64,000 bases of DNA from Dendrobates tinctorius. Taxonomy: Eukaryota. The position numbers were made by a program, and so were the translations under genes. The notes beneath the pieces were generated by a model, which ran no database searches, was not told the DNA's origin, and was given only the letters and a program-made list of their open reading frames with translations. Numbering within the stretch: the stretch's first letter is position 1; each line of letters begins with the position of its first letter. The stretch spans positions 10,788,001 through 10,852,000 of the forward strand of contig NW_027361763.1 of NCBI RefSeq assembly GCF_039654945.1. The letters are read 5' to 3'. Below, piece after piece: positions 49,928 to 63,192 of this stretch.

Positions 49928-50843
49928 TGTGGAGTAGGAAACTGGCCAGTAGAAGCAATGCCTAGTAGAAGACTGTGAAAAATGAGGATGAATGAACTCA
50001 TGGAGATCAACATCCAACACTGCAGAGACACCATCACGTTTCTCAACGCAGTAATATAGGCTGGATGTGAGCTCTGTCTCTCTCCCAGTAATATAGGCTG
50101 GATGTGAGCTCTGTGTGTCTCTCCTAGTAATATAGGCTGGATGAGAGGTCTGTGTATGTCTCTCAATAAAATAGGCTGGATGTGAGCGATGTGTGTCTCT
50201 CTCAGTAATATTGGTTGGATGTGAGCTCTGTCTCTCTCTCTCTCCCAGTAATATAGGCTGGATGTGAGCTTTGTGTGTCTCTCACAGTAATATATAAAAC
50301 CTACAAAAGACAATTGCTCATTTTGTCTTTTGTAGGTTTTATGTTTTATGGCCAATGTCAACATGCATTTATGTGCTGCATGTGTATCAACTCAAACCAA
50401 GCTCAATGTTTGTGTTTTTTCTCTCAGTAATATAGTCTGAATGTGATGTTTGTGTGTTTCCCCCAGTAATATAGCCTGAATGTGAGCTCTGTTTGTCTCC
50501 TCCAGTCACATAGGCTGAATGTGAGCTATATGTGTCTCTCTCAGTAATATAGGCTGGAAATGAGCTCTGCACATCTCTCCTAGTAATGTAGGCGAGATGT
50601 GGGCTCTGTGTGTCTCTCCTAGTAATACAGACTGGATGTGAGTTTTGTGTGTGTCTCCCAGTAATATAGGCTGGATGTGAGCTATGTGTATCTCTTCCAG
50701 TAATATAGGCTGGATGTGAGCTATGTGTATCTCTTCCAGTAATATAGGCTGGATGTGAGCTCTGCATGTATCTAGGGTGCTCAATATGAGAACATCTTCT
50801 ATTCTGCTCTAATTTACTCTCCATGTAGAGCAGAGAGGAGTCA

Positions 50844-51228
50844 GGCTGGTTTCACACTTGTGTTGGGCAGAGCTGCGGAGAGCTGCATACTTCCTTTGTC
50901 TATCCCCGCCCACTGGCGCACCTCTTCCATTCAGCTCCACCTACGTCTGCTTGCATACCTATCTTTAACATTGGGTACGCAGGTCATGCAGATGTATGCG
51001 GATGCCTTCGCTTGCGTCGTTTTGCATTTTGCTGCGGTCGTCGCATCGTCAAAGCAACGCATGCGCAGGCATCTGCATATATCCGCATGGCCTGCATACC
51101 CAACAGGTACGCAGGATGCAGGCAGACGTAGGCGGAGCTGAATGGAAGAGGTGCAGCAGTGGGCTGGGCTCAACAGAGGAAGTACGCAGCCCTCCACAGC
51201 TCTGCCCAACGCAAGTGTGAAACCAGCC
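50844..51228. mobile_element. Harbinger/Tourist-type palindromic MITE, 385 bp
   Basis: GGCTGGTTTCACACTTG ... CAAGTGTGAAACCAGCC; fold-back along nearly the whole length; 3-bp TSD TCA. Confidence 0.88.
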
Positions 51229-51468
51229 TCAGAGATGAGCAGGAACTGTGATGGATTTTTTCAGATCACTCAGATTGATATGGAACTTACAGGGGAAGAG
51301 TCTTGAGGAGATCATTTGCATATTCCCAGTGCCTTCTGGGATAAGTGAAGAGTCTCCGCGAGCTCAACGATCACTGGGTTTTGGCCGTTGCAGCTGAAAA
51401 GAGGAAATAGGAAAAACCAGGGGAAGAGAATTTTGGCTCATCTTTCATCGTTTTTAAGAAATCTCAAG

Positions 51469-52431
51469 ATGGAAGAGGCCAGGAGCCATTTGGTGAGCTG
51501 CATTTCTTGCTACATGTTCACAGATTTACCAGTGGAAAAGCCAAACTTCCCATGCCACAAATGCAAGCTTGTGTCCCTGTTGGAGGAAAAGTTGCAAAAT
51601 CTCGAAGAGAGGTTAGCTACGTTGAAGATCATTAAGGAAGGTGAAGAGTTCTTGGACAGAGCAGAATTATCTCTTCATGTTACAGAAAGAGAAGAAATTC
51701 GAAGTGCACCTGAAGAAACAGAGGAATGGAGACATGTGACCCAGAGAAGCAGGAGGATCAGGAGGCAGTCAGCACCCATACTGCTCAGAAACCAGTACCA
51801 GGCTCTCACGCAGGAAAACGATGAAGAAATACATCAGGATAAGACTTTGCCAACAAACAGCAACCTTGTACACCTTCAGAGTCCTCCTGGATGGAGAAAG
51901 AAAAATGTTGTGAAGAAGAAATGGAGAGTGGTGGTCATGGGGGATTCCCTGTTGAGAGGAACAGAAGCCGCTATCTGCAGACCGGATATAACTACAAGAG
52001 AAATGTGCTGTCTTCCAGGTGCAAAAATTAAAGATGTGTCTGACAGGATATCAGGACTCTTCAGACCTACAGATGACTACCCATTCCTGATACTACATGT
52101 GGGGACAAATGACACTGCAAGAAACGACCTGGAAACCATCTGCAGAGACTTTGAAGACTTAGGCAAGAAAGTGAAAGAACTGGGAGCGCAGGTGGTCTTC
52201 TCATCCATCCTCCCAGTGGATGGCCATGGAACAAGGAGGTGGAATAAGATTCTGCAGGTGAACAACTGGCTACGTCGATGGTGCCGTCAGCAACGATTTG
52301 GATTTCTGGATCACGGAGTGAACTACTTATACGATGGACTACTTGCTAGAGATGGGGTGCACCTTACGAAGACTGGAAAGCATGTATTTGGAAGTCGCCT
52401 TGCTACACTTGTAAGGAGAGCTTTAAACTAG
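51469..52431 (+). CDS. CR1 ORF1p: zinc finger, coiled coil, SGNH/GDSL esterase domain, 320 aa
   Basis: CISC...CHKC; VVVMGDSLLRG, HVGTND, DGVHL; ends RRALN*. Confidence 0.93.
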   Translation: MEEARSHLVSCISCYMFTDLPVEKPNFPCHKCKLVSLLEEKLQNLEERLATLKIIKEGEEFLDRAELSLHVTEREEIRSAPEETEEWRHVTQRSRRIRRQSAPILLRNQYQALTQENDEEIHQDKTLPTNSNLVHLQSPPGWRKKNVVKKKWRVVVMGDSLLRGTEAAICRPDITTREMCCLPGAKIKDVSDRISGLFRPTDDYPFLILHVGTNDTARNDLETICRDFEDLGKKVKELGAQVVFSSILPVDGHGTRRWNKILQVNNWLRRWCRQQRFGFLDHGVNYLYDGLLARDGVHLTKTGKHVFGSRLATLVRRALN

Positions 52432-55321
52432 AACAACATGGGAAGGGAAGCAAAAGACCAGAAAAAGCCATACACCTGACAAATGCTATTGAGAACTCTG
52501 CTATTAGAAGTGGAAAGGAAGAACAAAGACGAAAGAATCTAATTAATAAAAATATTGGAGAAAGAGAAACCTATCACAAACTAAAATGTTTCTATACTAA
52601 TGCACAAAGCATGGGCAACAAACAAGGAGAATTGGAACTACTAACACAGGAAAAGAAATATGATGTCATTGGAATCACTGAAACTTGGTGGGACGATACA
52701 CATGATTGGAATACAAGACTAGAAAGATACAACTTATTTGCAAGAAACAGACTTGATAAACGAGGAGGAGGTGTCGCATTGTATGTTAGAAACGCGTATA
52801 TCTACACAGAGATTGAAGCTTCAGAGACTGGGAGTTCTGTGGAAACTGTTTGGGTAAGAATACAAGGACAGAACAATGGAAAGGACACCATTGTAGGCAT
52901 TTACTACAGGCCGCCTGTGCAAGCTGAAGATATGGTTGAACTCTTTATGCATCCAATGGCCAAGTTCTCCAAAAAATATGACATAGCTGTCATGGGAGAT
53001 TTCAACTATCCAGACATTTGTTGGGAATCTCTCTCAGGCATAACTAATAGGTCAAGGAAATTCTTATCCTCTCTTGCTGACAACTTTATCTTCCAAAAGG
53101 TAGGGGAGAAAACAAGGGGAACTGCTACCTTGGATCTAATCCTTATAAACAGGGAGGAAATGGCTGAGGAGGTAAAAGTGGATGGGACCCTAGGAGGTAG
53201 CGACCATGCTATTTTAGAATTTTGGATAACTAGAGGCGGAAGACCTGTGAAGACTCAGACGTCAAGGTTAGATTTCAGAAAGGCAGATTTTAAGGGATTC
53301 AGAAAGAGAATTGGAGGGATCCAATGGCTGGATATCCTTAAAGACAAAAATGTCCAGGAAGGATGGGAAATCTTGAAAAATGAAATTCTCAAAGCACAGT
53401 TGTTAACAATTCCGAAAAGAGGGAAGAATAGGAAGCATTTAAGGAAACCAGGATGGATGAACACAGAACTTAAGCACATGCTAAAAAGGAAGAAAAAAAT
53501 GTTTATAAAATGGAAAGAGGGAGGCATATCTAAAGAAGAATATAATGCTGTCTGCAGAACCTGCAGGGCACAAATCAGATTAGCTAAAGCTGAAAATGAA
53601 TTGAGGCTTGCAAGAGATGTCAAAAGCAATAATAAAGGATTTTGGGGATATGTCAAAAGTAAAAGAAAAGTCAAAGATGCTATAGGATTTTTACAGGATG
53701 AAAATGATGAAATGGTAAGACAGGATGTTGAGAAGGCTGAACTTTTAAATTCCTATTTTGCATCTGTTTTCTCTCAGAAAGGAAATGTAACATCAACTCT
53801 TCTTCACTGTCCTATTAAGGGAATAGAAGAATCCAGGATATCTATAAACAGAAAGATAGTGAGGAAACACTTAGCTAACCTAAATGAATTCAAGTCTCCA
53901 GGTCCAGATGAATTACACCCCAGAGTACTGAAGGAGGTAGCAGAAGAAATTTTTGAACCCCTCTCCATAATCTTTGAAAATTCTTGGAGAACAGGAGAAG
54001 TGCCAGAAGACTGGAGAAGAGCAAATGTTGTTCCTATCTTCAAAAAGGGGAAGAAGGTGGACCCAGGCAACTATAGGCCGGTGAGTCTGACTTCTATACC
54101 AGGAAAGATCTTTGAACAAATTATTAAACAACATGTATGTCAATACCTGGATAAGAATGAAGTGATTAAACAGAGTCAGCATGGGTTTGTAACTAATAAG
54201 TCATGTCAGACTAACTTAATTTCCTTCTATGACGGTATCACTGATTGGGTGGATGAAGGAAATGCTGGAGATATATCTTGACTTCAGCAAAGTATCTCAC
54301 ACAATCCTTATTGAAAAAATGACTAAGTATGGAATGGACAAGGCAACTGTTAGGTGGATTCATAGCTGGCTTAGTGATCGGACCCAAAGAGTGGTCGTAA
54401 ATGGCTGCACATCCAGTTGGAAGAATGTCTCAAGTGGGGTACCACAGGGCTCTGTCCTGGGCCCTGTATTATTCAACATCTTTATCAACGATTTAGATGA
54501 AGGAATTGAGGGTAAACTGATTAAATTTGCTGATGACACAAAGCTAGGAGGGATAGCTAATACTAGAGAAGAGAGAGGATTCAAAAAGATTTAATAAACT
54601 GGAGAAGTGGGCAGCAACTAACAGAATGGTTTTTAACAGGGAGAAATGCAAAGTACTACATCTGGGCAATAAAAATGAAAAAAGCATATATAGAATGGGA
54701 GGAATAGGGCTAAGTGACAGCACATGTGAAAAAGACTTGGGTATACTAATAGATCACAGACTGAATATGAGTCAACAGTGTGATGCAGCAGCCAAAAAAG
54801 CAAATGCAATTCTAGGATGTATTAACAGAAGCATACAGTCTAGATCACGTGAAGTCATTATTTCCCTCTACTCCTCTTTGGTCAGACCTCATCTGGAATA
54901 TTGTGTCCAGTTTTGGGCACCACATTTTAAAAAAGACATCAACAAACTGGAGCAAGTTCAGAAAAGAGCGACCAGAATGGTGACCGGTCTGCAAACGCTG
55001 TCTTATGAGGAAAGGTTGCAGGATTTGGAAATGTTTAGTTTGCAAAAGAGAAGACTGAGAGGACACTTAATAGCTGTCTACAAATATCTAAAGGGCTGTC
55101 ACATTGTAGAAGGATCAACTTTATTCTCATTTGCACAAGGAAAGACTAGAAGCAATGGGATGAAACTGAATGGGAGGAGACACAGATTAGATATTAGAAA
55201 AAACTTTTTGACAGTTAGAGTGATCAATGAGTGGAACAAGCTGCCACAAGAAGTGGTGAGTTCTCCTTCAATGGAAGTCTTCAAACAGAGGCTGGACAGA
55301 CATCTGACTGGGATGATTTAG
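52422..55321 (+). pseudogene. CR1 ORF2 (APE endonuclease plus RT) with frameshifts near 54270 and 54575
   Basis: [35 protein letters not shown]; frame open from 52350, first ATG at 52611. Confidence 0.92.
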
Positions 55322-55732
55322 CGAATCCTGCTTTGAGCAGGGGGTTGGACCAGATGGCCCAGGAGGTCCCTTCCTACTCTACGATTCTATGATTCTATGA
55401 TTCTATTACAGACAATCTGCAGCAACAAAATGGTAGAAGATTTTTGGTAAAGACTCTTTAGAAAATTGCTTATTTCTGCATTTAGAAAGCAAATGAACAA
55501 TCACAAATTGTCTGTGCAAAGGTGAATATAGATTTTAATACATATACGTTAATTACACTCAGTGTTACCTATCCATACATAGTGGCATTATTTGGAATAT
55601 TTTGTGTATACTGGAGGATATTATTTGGGCACTTATTTATGGTATTATATTGACAATGTGCGGTTGTATTATTTTAGCACTATTTGGTAGTACTATGTGG
55701 GTGCTGAGATTTAAAGTATTACTTATATACTA

Positions 55733-57251
<1,519 letters not shown>

Positions 57252-57949
57252 TATGTAGAGATATTACATACATTTTGAGTTTAGGAGTTTTTTGGAAGCT
57301 GGCAGAATCATGTTGATACTGTATGATGGAAACTTTATTTGGCACTATATGGCCTTTCTGGTAACACAATACAGTATATTATACCAAAGCAGTCACCAAA
57401 CTTAATTTTCATCCAATTGCTTTATTTCTTTCCCCAGGCATTTCCATCATACTCCCATACAATGCTCTTCCACTCCTGAACTCTTCAAAATATTACTGTT
57501 ATTTCACTAGAACTGATAAGAGCAAATTCTAATATTTACTTTATAGCCTGTTATTGGAAAACCCAGGTGCAGATATCTCACAGAAGCAAAAGCGTCTCAG
57601 CCTGGACACGAGAAGTGCGTCAAGAGGAGGCAAGCAATTGTTTGGATAGAGCCGGTATGGCTTCGATGGAAAGCACAAGTGAAAATGAATAAAGAAATAT
57701 CAAAAGACTCGTACTAGGCGAACACTGTCCTTTGTTGTTGAAAAAATGTATCTTCCCATATCAAAAGCACAGAACTGAATTGCATTCATTGAAAACATGC
57801 CTCCATTCTACTTTACAATACTGATACATCACTGACATTGTTGTATGACATAACTATCATTTAAACCCTTGACCTGGCAAAGAACTGAAAACTATTAGTA
57901 TAGCATGCAGCAAAATTAAAATTAAATATAAAAAAAAATAATAATAATA

Positions 57950-58715
57950 ATTAGCATGCAATACCTGGTCTAACCATTTGGAGTGCTGTTCAGAAAATAT
58001 ATTACTACAAGTAATGTGAAATACTTTTTGCATGCAATACCACATCTGACCATTTGGAGTGCTGTTTATAAAAAATATAATAATAAATAAAACAATATAA
58101 GTAAACATGATTTTTTTGCATGCAGTAACGTGTCTGACTTTATGGAGTGCTGTTTAAGAAAAATGTTATTATAAGCAACGGAGAATGATTTTCGCAAGCA
58201 ATACTATGTTTGATCATTCAGAAGGCTATTTAGGAAGAACATTACTAAATTCATTGGAGAAAACTTTTACATGCAATATCATATCTGACCATTTGGAGTG
58301 CTGTTTAGAAAATAAATATTACTATAAGCAATACAGTACCATGTCTGGCCATGAGGAGTGCTGTTTAGAAAAAATATTAACACAAGCAATAGAGAATACT
58401 TTTGAATGCAATTCCACGTCTGACCATTTGGAGTGCTGCTTAGGAAAACTATACTACGAGTAATAGAGATTACTTTTAGATGCAATACTGAAGATGACCA
58501 TGTGAAGTGCTGTTCAGAAATAATATTTTGAATGCAATACAATGTTACCAATATTACTGCCAGCACTGGAGAATACCTGTATGCATATCATGTTTGAACA
58601 TTTGTACTGCTATTTAGTAAAAATATTACTACAAGCAATGGAGGATAATTTTTACATGCAATACCATGTTTGACCATTTGGAATGCTGTTTGGGATTATT
58701 ACTACAAGCAATAAA
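57950..58715. repeat. Degenerate ~75-80-bp tandem repeat with TCTGACCATTTGGAGTGCTGTTTAGAAAA core
   Basis: About 10 copies. Confidence 0.85.
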
Positions 58716-58987
58716 GAATCGTTTTTTTTCAGGCACAGGCTGTACTTTAATCTTTTACATAGTAGTACAAATATAATGGGGAAAAAAACAATGCTTTTTG
58801 AACGGAGAACTTTGTATTATAATATCTGAAAGTGATGGATGATAATTTTGCATTTTATGGTGAGGCCAAAACCACCATAGTTGGAGCCATTCTTACTACT
58901 GGCTAAGCCTGAACCCACTATTATCCATTAAGTACATTTTTCCTAATTGAGTATGGAAACAATTCTTTTCCAGAATGCAATGTCTAA

Positions 58988-60446
58988 GTGCTCCTTCACA
59001 CGTCCTGGTGATTTTTGTACAGGAAAAAACAGTACTGATAAGATCCGTAGTCCGTGTCCATGAGCCATCCGTATGGACGTATGAGATATCTGTGTGACAT
59101 TCGTTTGATATCCGTTTGCTGTCAATGGTCCTTGTTTCCCATAGATATGTCCATGATTCAGGGTTTTCAGCCTGTACGGTCGCATCTTGGGATAGTTCAG
59201 GTTGAAAACCAAATATCACAGAGATCGATTAAAGCATGGGACAGTATTGCTAAACTTCACGTCGGACAAGTGAGGGATATGGTTGTTTATTATTTTTGTG
59301 TTTTTTTACAGGTGACAAGGGCTTCAATGCTTTAGGTGTAGGGTGAGTAAAACTTTGCTATTTATTCTTAAATAAATGTGTAAAAATGGTGTTTTGTATT
59401 ATTTCAAATAAAGGACTTTATTCTTGCTGTGTGTTTATATACAAACATGCTATGGAGGTACTAATGAGAGTGTCTTATAGACACCTCTTCATTACTAACC
59501 CCTGGGCTTGACGTCACCTGACATTACAAGGTGACACCAACCCCAACCCTATTACCCCATTTGCCATCGCTACAGGTCAAGTGGGAAGAGTGAGGCTAAG
59601 CAATAGATTGGGTGCTTCTTATAGATGCACCATTTCTGGGGTGGCTGATGTTGGTAACCTGGGGCGCAATATCTCTGACCTCTTCCCAGGTTATATCAAT
59701 ATCACACCATAGCTGTCTGTTTAGCCTTTGCTGGTTTGAAATTATAGGGGAACACTACGTCATTTTTTTCTGGGGTCCCCTGTAAATTTAACAGGAGAGG
59801 CTATGCAAACAGCTGTGAGCTGTTAGTAATAGCCTGGGAGCCTTATGGGATATTGTCCCTCATCTCAGGTTATTAACATCAGCACCCAGCAGTGGACTTT
59901 CCCTCTGCTGGTTATTAAAATTAAGCAGAATCCCACGCGTTTTTTTAAATTTAATTCTTTATTTTATACAGGAGTTACACAGCGGGTGCTGACCACAACT
60001 CCCATCATTGTCTCCTTCATGCGCTGATCTCAGGGAGACCAAGCGACAAAGTTGAGGACTGCCTTCAGTAGCTACCGATAGCCTGGATGAGCGCGAACTG
60101 TACCGCTTCTCCCCAAACACCGGCAGCTGAATACATCATTGTCTCCTGGCCATGCTAGTCTCAAGGAGACCAAGTAACAATGATGACAGCTGCCTTCCAC
60201 AGCCGGCAACTGGGAATAGCACGAACTGTACAGCTTGTTTCCAGGTGTCGGTATGTATCATGCTCATGACACATGGATGTCACAAGTGTGTCATCAGTGT
60301 GCAAGTGTGCGCAATGCATTTTCTACTTTGCGGGTTTTTCACATGGACGCACCACCACTGAATACAATGGATGCGCGTGTGTCCGCATTTGCGATCCTTA
60401 AAAAACGGACCACATACGGACATAAACGGACGCGTGAAGAAGGCCT
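58988..60446. mobile_element. Possible old non-autonomous Harbinger-like element
   Basis: Degenerate inverted ends CTTCACACGTCC ... GGACGCGTGAAGAAGGCC|TAA; subterminal TCCGT/ACGGA motifs. Confidence 0.4.
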
Positions 60447-61277
60447 AATGCTGAACCGGCTGTCAGTGTCGGACATAGTTATAGCCACTGATCACTATGT
60501 ACTCAGCGGAGACTGAAGCCACGCCGCCCCTCCCCCCTATAACTGACGGCCAGATGCTGCTGGGAGGGATAAAGTTAATTTCCTCCCTGCAGTGAGGCTC
60601 TTGGTGCCAGCATTGTGCAGCTTCAGAATGCTAATAACCTGAAGATTCACTCAATATCTGCAGGTTAATAGTGTTTTTTTTTACATGACAGGATCCCTTT
60701 AAGAATTGGCCACACATCCCTTAGAATAACCAAGTCTACAATTGAGTTAGAGGTTTTTTTCCCATCAATTGCATTTGATTTTCTCATCTATATTTCTGGA
60801 ATATTTTTTTTGTGCTCAAACAAATATTAATTTATTTTATTTTCTGACAACTAAAATTTGTTTTATATCTATATTACTAATCATCGACGGCGACATTTTT
60901 TCTAATTCTTGGATTTTCATTTTTTTTACCTTCTATTTCTTTTAATTTATTTTTCTTCTTATTTGTTTTTTTGTCATTTGTTACATTCTGCAAAAAAAAA
61001 AATTCAAGGAAAACTTGGATTTCCCGGAGTCTGAATTTTAAGTGGTTCAGTTTGAAGAAATGAAGTCAAATACTGGCCAGCTGAACAGGGTGATGTGATG
61101 GCAGGAAAGGTATAATTCTTTTCTAATTTTTAATCCCTTCCTGGCCCTCCGTTCATTACTTTCTGGAGAGAATAATAGACATATTATTTTGGTACATTCG
61201 ATTCATGATGAATCATTCTGTCAAAATCTAAATTTTCTGATTTTCACTTAAAACCTAAGCACTTCTTACAGGTTCAT

Positions 61278-62107
61278 TGTGGAGACACGGGGGTCGACGG
61301 GCGCCCAGGTCCATTAGCCGGAACCGCATGGACCAAAGATCTACCCCATCTGTGGCATGCAAACAGAGAGGTGGTAACGACAAGCTTAGGAAGACAACAG
61401 CTCATTCAGGTACAAGGCCAGGTGAACCGAGGGTCACAACCTGACTTCTCCAAACATCTCCATGGAGTCAGGCGACCAGCGGGTCCCAATCCTGGCTTTC
61501 TCCAAAAGTATCCATTGTTCGGCAATGGTCAGTGGAGCAGATCTGTATTCTTCCAACCAGGTCAGAGGTTCTCTAGGTTGCTTCCTGTAGAATGATAGAT
61601 CTGAGTCCCTCGTGATGGAGCCATGATGGATTGGCATCAGTACTGAAGGGTCCCCTGGATGTTTGGATGTCTTGGCAGAATCTCTGCCTGTCTCTCTCTC
61701 TCTGAACACAGGCAGATCCTCATTTTATAGGTCACAACTTTACACTTAGGCGTTCCACCACAGGCTTGGGGGGAAGGTGGAAGGAGACCATCCCTCACTG
61801 CTGGAGTGTTCAAACAACATACATAGATTGTCCTTCATATTGCAGAGCACGAATGGGTCATCAACATATTAACAAACATCCAAACATTGTGCCTTTGTTT
61901 CCCAAAGATAGTAGAACAATACTAGGATTGCAATAAAAGGACAGATACAATAGCTAATCAGCTGCAAGTCAACAAATGGCAGCCATTGAACATTAAATCA
62001 ATGACAATAAGGGTCAAGAGTCATTCTCACATGCTCTAGCTCATGTCCCTGGGCCTAGTGAAATAATAGTCGTCTGGTTAATTAAGATACAATGTTGTGT
62101 CTTCACA
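61278..62107. mobile_element. Solo LTR, 830 bp
   Basis: TGTGGAGACAC...GTGTCTTCACA inverted ends; 5-bp TSD TTCAT/ATCAT; GC-richer than the flanks. Confidence 0.7.
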
Positions 62108-63192
62108 ATCATAATTTAATTTTTTTTAAACATTTATATTTGCAGGATACTTTTGCATTATTTCTGTAAATAGTGCACAGTCACGGCAAACAATTTTTCT
62201 CATATTTATATTTTTATCTTTTTATTTTCAAGATTTTATTTTTCTTTGTTGTTTTTGCTGTTTTGCCAGTTATTACAATGATTTCCTCAGTTACTTCCCA
62301 GCAAAGTGCCTCTTAAAATAAAATGTCTTCCTAATCAGGATGATATTAGAGCAGCACAGAATCTGGATTCCACCAAGGAGGAAAGTGGATGAGTTTAATG
62401 AAGAAGACGGTATACAAACCATCCATTAGGTAGACTGCGGAGAAGCAGCGGCAAAGGAAATACGAGAGGTCAATAAAAGGAGGCTTTATAATAAACTCAG
62501 CGCTATTAGAAATACCGTACAAAAATAATAAGGATTTTCGAGAGCGATGAGATATAAAGCTTTCCATTATTACTTCATGTAAATGCGGCTCAGAATCCCT
62601 AATGGACGGACTGGCCAGTAGCACATTGAGTGGCTCCCGAGAATCGAACATTGCGTTGCTCTCCAATATTGAACCTTATTGTATATTTTCATATGGTTGT
62701 GGAATATGCTGCCATATACAAGAGTTAATATAGAGCTGTCAAAAAAATCTTGAAAAAAAAATCTAATAATAATAATGATATATGTACAGTATTTTAGGGG
62801 CAGGTGGCAGCTCTCGATGGCGGCCACTTTCCACTGGATACCATTCTAGTTAAAACTTGGTCTGTTCTTGGTGCCGTTGGCTTCTTGTGCTTCCGCTTTT
62901 TGCTTTGTAAGTGTGTGTCAGATGAATATAAATCTGCAAAAAAACCAGGAAAACGAAGCCACGCAAAATGGAAGCCATCCAGCGCAGATACGGTGCTGAC
63001 GCCAGTGGTAGACAACTAACAGCACACCGGAGGAATGCCAACTCATTGAGAGGTGACTCTGGGCATAATTACCTGTTAAGTGGGTATTGTTATGTTTTAC
63101 ATTGCGTGCAAGGAGCATTATTATTTTTTTGGGGGGGGCAATAATAGTTTAGAACTGGGGGTATCAGCAGGATGAGGAGTGTCAATATAGGG

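Larger units (their letters stand above)
47838..50048 (-). mobile_element. Retrozyme-like non-coding retroelement (~354-nt unit plus ~75-nt terminal redundancy), split by a fold-back insert
   Basis: 47838-47913 is repeated at 49974-50048; contains a hammerhead; flanked by CAGTAATATA on both sides; no meaningful ORF. Confidence 0.75.
47563..50765. repeat. ~39-bp minisatellite CAGTAATATAGGCTGGATGTGAGCTCTGTGTGTCTCTCC, interrupted at 47837-50048
   Basis: Arrays at 47563-47836, 50049-50292 and 50420-50765. Confidence 0.9.
51330..55406 (+). mobile_element. Near full-length CR1 LINE
   Basis: ORF1, ORF2, short 3' UTR and (ATTCTATG)n tail; the 5' boundary is approximate. Confidence 0.95.

Noticed and set aside
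57950-58715. CRISPR-like repeat-spacer appearance
   Set aside because: The intervening segments are homologous to each other, the context is eukaryotic and there are no cas genes; it is a degenerate tandem repeat.
62340-63050. Possible host exons in non-repetitive sequence (also 13100-13560)
   Set aside because: No convincing ORF, domain or splice-compatible chain; cannot be excluded without RNA data.
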